NCBI GenBank assembly: GCA_938091745.1
Contig: CALLJK010000002.1
Span: 26,842-90,841 of the forward strand
DNA length: 64,000 nt
Reading direction: 5' to 3'
Origin: Candidatus Bipolaricaulota bacterium
GTDB taxonomy: Bacteria > Bipolaricaulota > Bipolaricaulia > RBG-16-55-9 > DRXL01
Below, one piece after another: positions 55,391 to 64,000 of the stretch. Within the stretch, counting starts at the first letter, position 1. Every line of letters starts with the position of its first letter. The position numbers and the translations under genes are program-made. The notes beneath the pieces are model-generated. The model was not told where the DNA came from. It saw only the letters and a program-made list of their open reading frames with translations, and did not search any database.

Positions 55391-56291
55391 AGAACTCCAA
55401 AGCCGAGTGCGTGGCGTGGTCAAGACCCATGAGCCCCTGGCACGACATACGTCGCTGCGTATTGGCGGTCCGGCAGATTACTTTGTCATCCCCGTCTGCG
55501 TAGAAGATATCTTAGAAACGTTAGAGTTCATCCGTGAGCACGGCTTACCCTGGATAGCTTTAGGCAACGGCACCAATGTGCTCTTCCTCGATGAGGGCTA
55601 CCGCGGGGTGATTATCAAGCTTGGGCCAAGTCTTGGGCACATAGAGACCCTCCAGAACAGCGTGCGCGCCCAAGCAGGGGCGAGCTTGGCGGCTCTCATC
55701 TCCCATGTCCGTTCCCTGGGCTTGCGTGATCTCGACTTTCTTGTGGGAATCCCCGGAAGCGTTGGAGGAGCTCTGGTGATGAACGCGGGCATCCCCGAAG
55801 GAACCATCTCCGACGCGGTCATCCAGGTAGGGGCATTGACTTTTGACGGAAAATTCATTACGCTTAAGGGTGACGAATGTCGGTTCGGCTACCGGTCGAG
55901 CCGGTTCCAGCAAGAACGACTCATCGTGATTGAGGGAGAATTTGCCTTGGGAAGAGGGAAATCGTGGGATGGTGAAGAGTTGCTCAGACGGCGCAAGGAG
56001 CGCCAACCCCTCGGGGTGCCCAGCCCAGGCTGTGTCTTTCGCAACCCAGTGGGGGTGGGGGTTACAGCAGGACAGCTCATTGACCAAGCGGGACTGAAGG
56101 GCTACCGCGTGGGAGGAGCGCGAATATCCCCAAAGCATGCGAACTTTATCGTCAACGAAGGGGGGGCGACCAGCCGCGACGTCCTCCAGCTAATTGACAT
56201 CGCCCGGTCGGTTGTGCTTAAATACTGGGGGGTGGAGTTGAAGCTGGAGCTCGCCGTCGTTGGAACGTGCGGCGCGCAGTATTCTTTATAG
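55371..56291 (+). CDS. murB: UDP-N-acetylenolpyruvoylglucosamine reductase
   Basis: FAD-binding domain (RIGGPADYF) and MurB C-terminal domain. Start at Met 55371 with a GGGGAAGG SD. Confidence 0.85.
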   Translation, partial: AMEKLSKELQSRVRGVVKTHEPLARHTSLRIGGPADYFVIPVCVEDILETLEFIREHGLPWIALGNGTNVLFLDEGYRGVIIKLGPSLGHIETLQNSVRAQAGASLAALISHVRSLGLRDLDFLVGIPGSVGGALVMNAGIPEGTISDAVIQVGALTFDGKFITLKGDECRFGYRSSRFQQERLIVIEGEFALGRGKSWDGEELLRRRKERQPLGVPSPGCVFRNPVGVGVTAGQLIDQAGLKGYRVGGARISPKHANFIVNEGGATSRDVLQLIDIARSVVLKYWGVELKLELAVVGTCGAQYSL

Positions 56292-56944
56292 TAGCGGTCA
56301 TCGGGCTTGTGCTGGCACTGCCGTGGCACAAGTACTTAGCAATACGAGAGATCACCGTCGAGGGTGGTGAGAGGATCCAAGCCGAGACGGTCCTACAGAG
56401 CTTGCCCATTACCGTGGGAATGAATTGGCTGACGGCCGATACCCAGGCCGCCAGAGCAGCTCTCTTGCGCCTCCCCGACGTTCGTGATGCTCGGATCAAA
56501 AAGAGACTATGGGCACAGATAGAGATTCGCGTACACGAGCGAGAGCCGTTGATCCTGGCCCGCTTGGGCCAAAAGCTCTTCTGGGTCGACACCGAGGGGT
56601 TCCTTTATGCCCCCTCTCAAGGGGGTTTCGGCCCGATCCTCGTCGAACCCCAGACCGTCGAGACCGAGCGTGGCCGACGCCTCGCCGAGCTCTTCTATCT
56701 CGTCCCGTTGAAAGCCCTGATGACCAGCCCTGGAAATCTTCTCAACTCGATTACAGCAATCCGATTCGAAGGGAGCACTATGATTCTGTCTTTGCGGGAT
56801 GGCCCGGATGTAGCCGTATATATCTATGATGTCCGGTGGGAATTGGCACGACTTCAGCGGGTCCTGAGCGCCCTGGCAGGGCGCCACCTGCGGCGGATCG
56901 ATCTGCGGTTTGAGCGCGCAGTGATTCTTCAAGCTCATCCGTGA
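56267..56944 (+). CDS. ftsQ: Cell division protein FtsQ/DivIB (POTRA domain)
   Basis: N-terminal TM. POTRA region IREITVEGGERIQAETV. Position is between murB and ftsA. Confidence 0.75.
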   Translation: MRRAVFFIVAVIGLVLALPWHKYLAIREITVEGGERIQAETVLQSLPITVGMNWLTADTQAARAALLRLPDVRDARIKKRLWAQIEIRVHEREPLILARLGQKLFWVDTEGFLYAPSQGGFGPILVEPQTVETERGRRLAELFYLVPLKALMTSPGNLLNSITAIRFEGSTMILSLRDGPDVAVYIYDVRWELARLQRVLSALAGRHLRRIDLRFERAVILQAHP

Positions 56945-56960
56945 ATGGGGTGATGAGGGA

Positions 56961-58220
56961 ATGGGGGAGATCATTGTCGGTCTAGACATAGGCACCACCA
57001 AGGTGGTCGCCCTAGTCTGTAATGTCGAGGACGGCCAGATCGAGATCATCGGCATGGGGAAGGCCCCCTCTCATGGCCTTGAAAAAGGGGTCGTCGTCGA
57101 CATCGGCGAGACGACGGCTTCTATCAAGCGCGCCATCGAAGAAGCTGAGAACATGGCCGATGTCAAGATCGAGCGCGTCTACGCCGGTATCGCCGGGAAA
57201 CACATCTCTTCAATTAACAATTCTGGCACAGTCTCGATCTCCCGCGAGAATCGCATCATCACTGTAGAAGACGTCCAGCGGGTGATCGACACGGCTCAAG
57301 CGGTGCAGATTGCTCCAGATAGTCAGCTTATTCACGTTATCCCACGCCAGTATATCGTCGACGGCCAAGAGGGGATCACCGACCCAGTAGGCATGATCGG
57401 GACACGCCTTGAGGTCGATGTGCACATCGTGACCGGCTCGATCACCGCAGTACACAATATCCGTCGCTGCGTGGAAAACTTAGGGATCGAGGTCGAACAG
57501 ATCGTGCTCCAGCCATTGGCTTCGTCCTATGCCGTGCTCAGCGAAGCCGAGAAGGAGCTTGGGGTCGCGCTCATGGACATCGGGGGCGGCACAACAGATA
57601 TTGCGATCTTCCGCGATGGCGATATCTGGTTCAGTAAGATCCTGCCCATAGCCGGCGAGCATATCACCAACGATATCACGGTAGGATTGCGAGTCAGCTA
57701 CGAAGAGGCCGAGCGCATCAAGATTCAAGAGGGGCTTCCTCGGATCACCGACGAGGCCGCGGAAGAAGAGCGCATCGAGGTCACGACCATCAGCGAGGAG
57801 AAGAAACTCATCTCCAAGAGGAAGCTCGCCAAGATCATCGAGCCCAGATTAGAAGAGCTCTTCGATTTAGCGATGGGCGAGATCGAGGACGTCGGCTATC
57901 GCGATCTCATCCCTGCGGGGATCGTTCTGACGGGAGGCACATCGCTCTTGAAAGGGTTGCCGGAGTTCGTCTCCGAGCGTTATGACATCTCGGTGCGACG
58001 CGGTCTTCCCCCTCAAGGGATTCACGGGTTGCGCGATATTGTCGAAAGTCCCATCTATTCGACAGTCATTGGCTTAGTGAAGTACGCTGTGGAGTCAAAG
58101 GAGTATCGCTACCGAGAGCCATCGCGTCGCTACTGGAGCGTCGCGCGTCCTCAGAACAAAGGGTTCAGTGGATTATTTGGGAGGCTGTTGCGCTGGCTCA
58201 ACCGGTTCTTCCGGGGTTAG
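56961..58220 (+). CDS. ftsA: Cell division protein FtsA
   Basis: Actin-like ATPase motifs VGLDIGTTKV and MDIGGGTTDIAIF. Confidence 0.9.
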   Translation: MGEIIVGLDIGTTKVVALVCNVEDGQIEIIGMGKAPSHGLEKGVVVDIGETTASIKRAIEEAENMADVKIERVYAGIAGKHISSINNSGTVSISRENRIITVEDVQRVIDTAQAVQIAPDSQLIHVIPRQYIVDGQEGITDPVGMIGTRLEVDVHIVTGSITAVHNIRRCVENLGIEVEQIVLQPLASSYAVLSEAEKELGVALMDIGGGTTDIAIFRDGDIWFSKILPIAGEHITNDITVGLRVSYEEAERIKIQEGLPRITDEAAEEERIEVTTISEEKKLISKRKLAKIIEPRLEELFDLAMGEIEDVGYRDLIPAGIVLTGGTSLLKGLPEFVSERYDISVRRGLPPQGIHGLRDIVESPIYSTVIGLVKYAVESKEYRYREPSRRYWSVARPQNKGFSGLFGRLLRWLNRFFRG

Positions 58221-58228
58221 GGGGTTTT

Positions 58229-59329
58229 ATGAGCCGAGGCGGATTGGCACGGATTAAAGTGATCGGCGTTGGGGGTGGCGGGGGCAACGCCGTTGACCGC
58301 ATGAAGAAGGCCAAAGTCAAAGATGTCGAACTGATCGCGGTCAACACCGATGCCCAGGTGCTCTCGATCATCGAAGCGGACCGCACTGTTCAGATTGGGG
58401 CGAAGCTCACCGCGGGATTGGGGGCTGGGGGAAACCCAGAGATCGGGCGCAAGGCCGCCGAGGAGTCCGAAGCCGAGCTTGCAGCACTCTTAGAAGACAC
58501 CGATATGGTCTTCTTAACCGCAGGGATGGGCGGGGGCACCGGTACTGGGGCTGCGCCGGTTATTGCGCGCTTGGCTCGCGAAGCCGGCGTGCTCACCGTC
58601 GCTATTGTGACTAAGCCGTTCTCGTTCGAAGGGCGGCTGCGAGCCGAGCGCGCCAAGAAGGGCATCGAAGAGCTCAAACAATATGTCGACACGCTCATCG
58701 CCATCCCCAACGATAGACTTTTGAAAGTCGCCCCGCCGGAGATGCCCTTAGTTAAAGCGTTCGAGCTCGCCGATGAGATATTGCGTCAGGGCATCCAGGG
58801 GATCTCCGATCTCATCACGACCCCAGGGATGATCAATCTCGACTTCGCTGATATCGAGTCGACGATGCGCAACGCCGGGACGGCGCTTATGGGCATCGGC
58901 GAAGGCGAGGGCGAGAACCGCACTCGTGACGCCGCACGCAACGCGATCACCAGCCCACTCTTGGAAGGCTCCATCGAGGGCGCTCAGAAGCTCATCTTAA
59001 ACATCACCGGTGGGCCAGATCTCTCCCTTGAAGAAGTCACTGAAGCGGCTTCACTCATCCGGGATACGCTCTCCGATCAAGCTGATATCTTCTTTGGTGC
59101 CGTGGTGCGCGAGGGCTTCGAGCGCGTGCGCATCACTGTGATCGCCACGGGGTTCAAGGAGCGCGAAGAACTCTCCAAGGAAGAGAAGCTCGAGCGTGGC
59201 ATCGAGATACTCGACGAAGAGGACGAAGAAGAGCTGATCGAGAAGGTCGAGCGCAGCATCCGCAAGGATCGCGCCCGCTCCGACGATTGGGATATCCCGA
59301 CATTCTTACGCAAGCGCAAGAACGACTAA
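58229..59329 (+). CDS. ftsZ: Cell division GTPase FtsZ
   Basis: Tubulin signature GGGTGTG and T7 loop NLDFAD. Confidence 0.93.
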   Translation: MSRGGLARIKVIGVGGGGGNAVDRMKKAKVKDVELIAVNTDAQVLSIIEADRTVQIGAKLTAGLGAGGNPEIGRKAAEESEAELAALLEDTDMVFLTAGMGGGTGTGAAPVIARLAREAGVLTVAIVTKPFSFEGRLRAERAKKGIEELKQYVDTLIAIPNDRLLKVAPPEMPLVKAFELADEILRQGIQGISDLITTPGMINLDFADIESTMRNAGTALMGIGEGEGENRTRDAARNAITSPLLEGSIEGAQKLILNITGGPDLSLEEVTEAASLIRDTLSDQADIFFGAVVREGFERVRITVIATGFKEREELSKEEKLERGIEILDEEDEEELIEKVERSIRKDRARSDDWDIPTFLRKRKND

Positions 59330-60456
59330 AAGTCCATTCTAATGGGCATACAGACGTATAAGAAGCCCTGATCGGCCTCGCTATCTCCTGGCTCGAGCAA
59401 CCCCGCACTCTCCGCATCCGCCAGCCATAACGTGACTTCATCGCTCTCCAGACGCTTGAGCGCATCTATCAGATACTCGGCGCGAAAGCTGATCTTGATG
59501 GGCTTGGCCTTCTTCTTCAAGGGGAGCTCTTCGTGAGTCTCCCCCTTCTCCGCTGCTTGCGAACTCACGCGCAAGAGAGAATTCTCGACACTCAAGATCA
59601 CAGCGTCGGACTCTTCAGCGGCCGTGATCTGCGCACGCTGCAGCGCCTCTAAAAAGCGCTTTCTCTCTAAAGATACTCCGATGGGGTTCTCTTTCGGGAT
59701 GACCTTCTCAAAATCGGGGTACGCTTCTTCAATCAGCCGCCCGACGAACACCACAGAACCCGCTTTGAAGAAGAGATAATTCTCAGACTGATAGAGCTCG
59801 ACGGTTTCCGCGTCTAGTTGAGCTAAGATACCCGCCAGATCGCGCAGGGAGTCTGCCGCCACAAGAAACTCCCCTTCCCGAGAGGCTTTCTGCGCTAACG
59901 GCTCGGCTTTCAATGCCAACCGATAGCCGTTGGTCGCCACCACTTTGAGGGTCTCTCGCTCGAGGACCATATTGACACCCGTCAGGCTCAAGCGAGACGT
60001 CTCGCGCGCGGGAAGCGCCGCGTAGGCCACAAGCTCTAAGCTACGCTCGAGCTGAGACTTCTCCAGCACACAGATGGGTTTGTCGGGCAGGGACGGCACC
60101 TCAGGATAGTCTTCTAACGAGAGCCGAAAGAGATCGAACGTCGCCCCACCAGAGGTGATCTCGACTTTGCCTGTGCCGGGAATTGTCTTGAGCTCAACCG
60201 TATCAGCAGGCAGAGTGCTCGCGATCTTCACTAAGAGTTCGCCGTTGAGCACCAGGGCTTCATCGCCGCCGCGGTTCTCTATCGGGACAGAGCACCAGAT
60301 AGCCCGTTCTAAGTCGGTCGCATAGAGCGTCAATTGATTCTTCTTTGTCTCGAGCTTGAGCCCGGCCAAGATGGGCATACTCGTGGCTCTCCCCATGGCG
60401 CGACTGACGGTCTTCACCCCTGCGAGAAACTCGGTCCGTCCGCACGAAAATTCCAT
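59326..60456 (-). CDS. dnaN: DNA polymerase III beta sliding clamp
   Basis: Three-domain clamp, ~376 aa. N-terminus MEFSCGRTEFLAGVKTVSRAM... is DnaN-like. Confidence 0.85.
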   Translation of the reverse strand: MEFSCGRTEFLAGVKTVSRAMGRATSMPILAGLKLETKKNQLTLYATDLERAIWCSVPIENRGGDEALVLNGELLVKIASTLPADTVELKTIPGTGKVEITSGGATFDLFRLSLEDYPEVPSLPDKPICVLEKSQLERSLELVAYAALPARETSRLSLTGVNMVLERETLKVVATNGYRLALKAEPLAQKASREGEFLVAADSLRDLAGILAQLDAETVELYQSENYLFFKAGSVVFVGRLIEEAYPDFEKVIPKENPIGVSLERKRFLEALQRAQITAAEESDAVILSVENSLLRVSSQAAEKGETHEELPLKKKAKPIKISFRAEYLIDALKRLESDEVTLWLADAESAGLLEPGDSEADQGFLYVCMPIRMDF

Positions 60457-60459
60457 ACT

Positions 60460-61077
60460 CTATCCTCCTCCTTGAAAGAGCGATTGCACTGCCGTCCAGA
60501 TTTGCTCCGCCAGCTCCGCTGGGGGGCGCGTTCCGTCTAATAATAAACTTCGTGGGGTCTGGTGCGCCAGCTCGCGATAGCCCTGGCGCACCCGCTCGTG
60601 AAACTGCGGACCCGCGCGCTCCAGCCGATCAAATGCTCTTCTCTTGCGCGCAAACGCAATCTCCACGGGGACATCGAGTATGATCGTCAGTGACGGCTCG
60701 ATCCCGTCCGTCGCTATTCTATTGAATCTCTGCACCAGAGTGAAGTCGAGGCCCCGGCCATAGCTCTGATACGCCAAGCTGGCCATGGCGAAGCGATCCG
60801 CCAGCACTACCTGCCCCGCAGCCAGGGCGGGACGGATGATAGTGCGGGTCAGCTCGCTGCGCGACGCTTCATATAAGAAAAGCTCCGTCAGCGGTTCCAT
60901 CTCGAACGGACGATCCAATAGAATCTGACGAATCTGCTCCCCCACGGGGGTGCCTCCAGGCTCGCGAACGACAACGGGCTCTATCCCGTATGACTGCAAG
61001 CGCTCTGAGAGGGCCTGCAGCTGCGTGGACTTCCCGCACCCGTCGATGCCCTCAAAGACGATAAAGACTCCTTTCAT
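60460..61077 (-). CDS. tmk: Thymidylate kinase
   Basis: FEGIDGCGKSTQ P-loop, DRF motif, LID-region arginines. Confidence 0.88.
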   Translation of the reverse strand: MKGVFIVFEGIDGCGKSTQLQALSERLQSYGIEPVVVREPGGTPVGEQIRQILLDRPFEMEPLTELFLYEASRSELTRTIIRPALAAGQVVLADRFAMASLAYQSYGRGLDFTLVQRFNRIATDGIEPSLTIILDVPVEIAFARKRRAFDRLERAGPQFHERVRQGYRELAHQTPRSLLLDGTRPPAELAEQIWTAVQSLFQGGG

Positions 61078-61583
61078 CGGGGCTCACGAGCGCTCTGGCG
61101 CTCAGAGATCAAGAGAGCAAACAGCACCAAGCCCGTCCCTATAACAATCGCCGTGTCAGCGAGATTGAAGACAGGCCAACTGAAGTTGTGCCAACGGAGT
61201 TCGAGAAAATCAATGACTGCGCCTCGGGCGAAGCGATCTATCAGATTGCCCAAAGCTCCCCCGGCGATGCAGATCAGCCCAATGGTCATAGATCGGCGCT
61301 GCGGCGGGCCCCATAGCAACAGCCCAAGAATTCCCAAACTGACCAGAGCCGCGAGAACCGCGATGACACCGCCAAAGCCCTGAAAGAGCCCAAATGCTCC
61401 ACCATCATTAGACGTCAGCATCACGCGCAAGAACCCATCGATGATCTCAACAGGCTGGCCAGGCTCCAAAACCATGAGAGCAAGCGCCTTGCTCACTTGA
61501 TCGAGCGCGATTATCCCTGCAATGGCTAAGAGTACCTTCATTGGGTTCAGTATAGCACGCGAGGGATTGAAGTTCAAAGCCAT
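61074..61583 (-). CDS. lspA: Lipoprotein signal peptidase II
   Basis: 4-TM protein with the FNLADTAIVIG catalytic-Asp motif. Confidence 0.85.
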   Translation of the reverse strand: MALNFNPSRAILNPMKVLLAIAGIIALDQVSKALALMVLEPGQPVEIIDGFLRVMLTSNDGGAFGLFQGFGGVIAVLAALVSLGILGLLLWGPPQRRSMTIGLICIAGGALGNLIDRFARGAVIDFLELRWHNFSWPVFNLADTAIVIGTGLVLFALLISERQSAREPR

Positions 61584-61631
61584 CTTGCACCAAGAGCGCT
61601 GTTTGTGGTATTATTCACAAGGTGAAACCCT

Positions 61632-63269
61632 ATGACCGCGAAGCCCTGGCTCCGACACTACCCTGAAGATATCCCCCACACTCTGAATTACCCAGATAAG
61701 CCACTCTATGACTTCTTGGATCGCTCGGCAGAGCAGTACGAGAAAGCACCGGCACTGATCTTCTTCGGGCAGCGAATCTCGTACGGGCAGTTGCGTGAAC
61801 TCACTGATCGCTTTGCGGCAGCACTCGTGCAGATCGGGGCCAAGCCCGGCGAAAAGATCTCGCTGATGCTCCCCAATATCCCGCAGTTTGTCATCGCGTT
61901 CTACGGCGCGCTCAAGGCAGGCCTCACCGTCATCCAGACCAACCCCCTCTACACAGAAGACGAACTCCAAGTCATCTTGGGAGACTCCCAAGCTGAGACG
62001 CTCATCACTCTAGATCGCTTCTATGAAAAAGTCTTGCACATTCGAGGGCAGACGAACCTCAAGCGCATCATTGTTACGGGGGTGCACGAGTTCTTCCCTG
62101 GGCTGCTGCGATTGGGATATCTGCTCAAGGAGCGCCCAAAGAGAATAAGACCCGCTCCCCCCAATGTCTATCTCTTCTCCGAGCTGATTCGTAGCGCTCC
62201 CGCGCATCCCCCAGAGATCCCTGTACGTCCCAGTGATATCGCGCTCTTTCAGTATACGGGAGGGACGACAGGGATTCCAAAGGGCGCGATGCTCACCCAT
62301 AGAAACTTAGTGGCGAACACGCTGCAATCGTGCTCGTGGTTCCCGCGCGCCCGCATGGCTCAAGAGACATGTCTGTGCGTGCTGCCCCTCTTCCACGTCT
62401 ATGCTATGACCGTCGCGCTCAATCTCTCCATGGCGCTCGCTGCGGCGCTCATCTTGGTCCCGCGCTTCCAGATAGACGAACTCTTAAAGATTATAGATCG
62501 TGAGCGTCCGTCGCTCTTCCCCGGCGCGCCGACGCTGTACGCCGCTATTGCGAATCATCCTCGAGTAAAAGAGTATCACGTCAGCTCGATCAAAGCATGT
62601 CTGAGCGGCTCAGCGCCGCTTCCGTTAGAAGTCAAACGGCGCTTTGAGGAGCTGACCGGCGCGTCGCTCGTTGAGGGCTATGGGCTTTCAGAAGCTTCTC
62701 CCGTGACCCACTGCAACCCGCTCTATGGGCGACAAGTTCCGGGAAGCATCGGCATTCCCTTCCCCGACACCGATGCCAAGATCGTGGACCCCACGTCAGG
62801 TCAGGAGTTGCTCGTCGGGGAGATCGGGGAACTCGTCATCCAAGGCCCCCAGGTGATGGCCGGCTATTGGAACCGTCCCGAAGAGACAGCGATGGCACTG
62901 CGCGGCGGCTGGCTGCACACGGGCGATCTGGCTCGCATGGACGAAGACGGCTATTTCTATATCGTTGACCGTCTCAAAGAGATGATCATCTGTTCGGGGT
63001 TAAAAGTCTACCCGCGCGAGGTCGAAGAAGTCTTATATAAGCATCCCAAAGTGCTCGAAGCAGCCGTGATTGGGGTGCCCGATGCCTATCGTGGCGAGAC
63101 GGTGAAAGCATTGATTGTTCCCAAGCCCGGGACAAGCCCGACTGCTGATGAGATCAAAGCATTTTGCGCGGAGCACCTGGCGAAGTACAAAGTGCCCACG
63201 ATCGTCGAGTTTCGTGACTCACTGCCCAAGAGCATCGTGGGGAAGATATTGAAGAGAGATCTGCGATGA
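61632..63269 (+). CDS. fadD: Long-chain-fatty-acid--CoA ligase (ANL superfamily)
   Basis: YTGGTTGIPKGAMLTH AMP-binding motif and GYGLSEASP. Confidence 0.85.
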   Translation: MTAKPWLRHYPEDIPHTLNYPDKPLYDFLDRSAEQYEKAPALIFFGQRISYGQLRELTDRFAAALVQIGAKPGEKISLMLPNIPQFVIAFYGALKAGLTVIQTNPLYTEDELQVILGDSQAETLITLDRFYEKVLHIRGQTNLKRIIVTGVHEFFPGLLRLGYLLKERPKRIRPAPPNVYLFSELIRSAPAHPPEIPVRPSDIALFQYTGGTTGIPKGAMLTHRNLVANTLQSCSWFPRARMAQETCLCVLPLFHVYAMTVALNLSMALAAALILVPRFQIDELLKIIDRERPSLFPGAPTLYAAIANHPRVKEYHVSSIKACLSGSAPLPLEVKRRFEELTGASLVEGYGLSEASPVTHCNPLYGRQVPGSIGIPFPDTDAKIVDPTSGQELLVGEIGELVIQGPQVMAGYWNRPEETAMALRGGWLHTGDLARMDEDGYFYIVDRLKEMIICSGLKVYPREVEEVLYKHPKVLEAAVIGVPDAYRGETVKALIVPKPGTSPTADEIKAFCAEHLAKYKVPTIVEFRDSLPKSIVGKILKRDLR

Positions 63270-63285
63270 GAGAGTGCGTTGAGGA

Positions 63286-63417
63286 GGCCCTCACCCCCTT
63301 CCCCTCTCACCCTCACCCTTGTAGGGGCAGGTCTGAGACCTGCCCCTACCCCCTCCGAGGGAGAGGGGAAGGGGTGAGGGGGCAAGAGGGGTGGCGCAGC
63401 CGCCGGGGTGAGGGCCC
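63286..63417. repeat. Composite nested palindromic element: family-1 TIRs (GGCCCTCACCCCC ... GGGGTGAGGGCC) enclosing a 13-bp hairpin (GTAGGGGCAGGTC-TGA-GACCTGCCCCTAC) and the CCTCCGAGGGAGAGGGGAAGGGGTGAGGGGGCAAG module also present inside pyrF
   Basis: Read directly. It fills the fadD-PPTase intergenic region. Confidence 0.75.
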
Positions 63418-63442
63418 TCCCCTCGACACAAGGTGAAGCCCC

Positions 63443-64000
63443 ATGACTGCGAAGCCCTGGCTCCAACTTGCGACAGAGCGTTCCTTCCCAGAACCCTCTC
63501 AATGGTTGACTGCAGAAGAGCTTCGTACGTTTCAGAGAATCAAAGCATGGCAACGCCGTCAAGACTGGCTGGCGGGGCGCTGGGCCGCTAAAGGGCTTGT
63601 ACGAGAATATCTTCGTGAGAGAGCGAATCTTGCGCTTGATCCTGCCCAGATTGAGATCGGGAACGCTCCTACAGGAGCACCATTGCTCCAGCGGCCGCTC
63701 TGCAGCGAGATCCATATCTCGATTGCTCACAGTGCGGGGTATGGATTAGCGGGGCTGGCGCTGGGCGCCCCCATTGGTGTGGATTTACAACATATCCGTG
63801 CGGTGCGTCTTGATTTCCACGAGCGCGTGCTCAGCGAGCACGAGCGCGCGCAGCTTGCGCATCATTTCTCTGGGCGGGAGGGCGTGCTCGTCTTCTGGGC
63901 GCTCAAAGAAGCAGCGATCAAAGCCCAACGAACTCGTCCGACCCCGGCCCTCCGTGAGATCAGCGTCACGCTGACAGAGCCGGGGCAGGCTGAGATCTCT
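63443..64000 (+). CDS. 4'-phosphopantetheinyl transferase (Sfp/EntD type), 3' partial at window edge; not in the supplied ORF track
   Basis: Open frame from ATG 63443 to the window end. GVDL and FWALKEAAIKA PPTase motifs. AAGGTGA SD. Confidence 0.7.
   Translation, partial: MTAKPWLQLATERSFPEPSQWLTAEELRTFQRIKAWQRRQDWLAGRWAAKGLVREYLRERANLALDPAQIEIGNAPTGAPLLQRPLCSEIHISIAHSAGYGLAGLALGAPIGVDLQHIRAVRLDFHERVLSEHERAQLAHHFSGREGVLVFWALKEAAIKAQRTRPTPALREISVTLTEPGQAEIS

Noticed and set aside
59326-61632. Possible replication origin next to dnaN
   Set aside because: dnaN is flanked by tmk and ftsZ with essentially no intergenic space. No DnaA-box cluster or AT-rich DUE is visible.

Overview
This 64-kb window is a GC-rich (~60%) bacterial chromosomal segment made up almost entirely of conserved housekeeping genes.

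All calls come from reading the translated ORFs and the DNA by eye. No database search or RNA-folding computation was run.

**Housekeeping genes, in order along the window:**
- recG (5' partial), gatC, and a secreted M14 carboxypeptidase
- the rpsB-tsf-pyrH ribosomal cluster, which lacks frr
- an intein-containing dnaB
- a livGFHM-type ABC transporter with a convergent Tat-lipoprotein binding protein
- folE, a thiL operon headed by a Ub-Mut7C nuclease, and a two-domain esterase
- a 7TM HD-GYP operon, then argF-NTPase, ilvE, and gltX-glnS in tandem
- a metallophosphoesterase, folC-folB-folK-rng, tRNA-Val(CAC), and an MFS DHA2 transporter
- pyrF, trkA-trkH, a TrmY-like SPOUT methyltransferase, pcm, a PKD/cupredoxin lipoprotein, and ltaE
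- a second Tat-signal binding protein, and a cluster of secreted beta-propeller (NHL, PQQ) proteins with an 8x CARDB giant protein
- an orphan FtsX-type permease, the dcw cluster ftsW-murG-murC-murB-ftsQ-ftsA-ftsZ, and lspA-tmk-dnaN
- a fadD-type acyl-CoA ligase and a 3'-truncated PPTase

**Accessory content** is a small islet: an archaeal-type protoglobin, hicB-hicA, and a MarR regulator with a Cys/His tail.

**Most notable observations:**
1. A family of nested, G-tract-rich palindromic repeat elements is present at ten or more loci in the window. The elements are hairpin- and G-quadruplex-prone. They act as terminators and supply Shine-Dalgarno sequences and Pro-rich C-terminal tails. Two copies sit in-frame inside conserved enzymes (pyrF and a metallophosphoesterase), an arrangement analogous to the Rickettsia palindromic elements.
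2. dnaB carries a 414-aa LAGLIDADG intein.
3. Two gene junctions share an identical 13-nt stop-start overlap, ATTCTCATTGAGA. The downstream genes (folB, rng) have no canonical start codon ahead of their conserved N-termini, which suggests initiation at AUU.
4. The intergenic region between argF and ilvE contains six copies of a 9-mer, ATCACGGAA, that looks like an operator array.
5. A 41-nt leader plus start region is duplicated in front of fadD and the PPTase.
6. A multi-stem RNA-like structure precedes a small secreted protein and FtsX permease operon.
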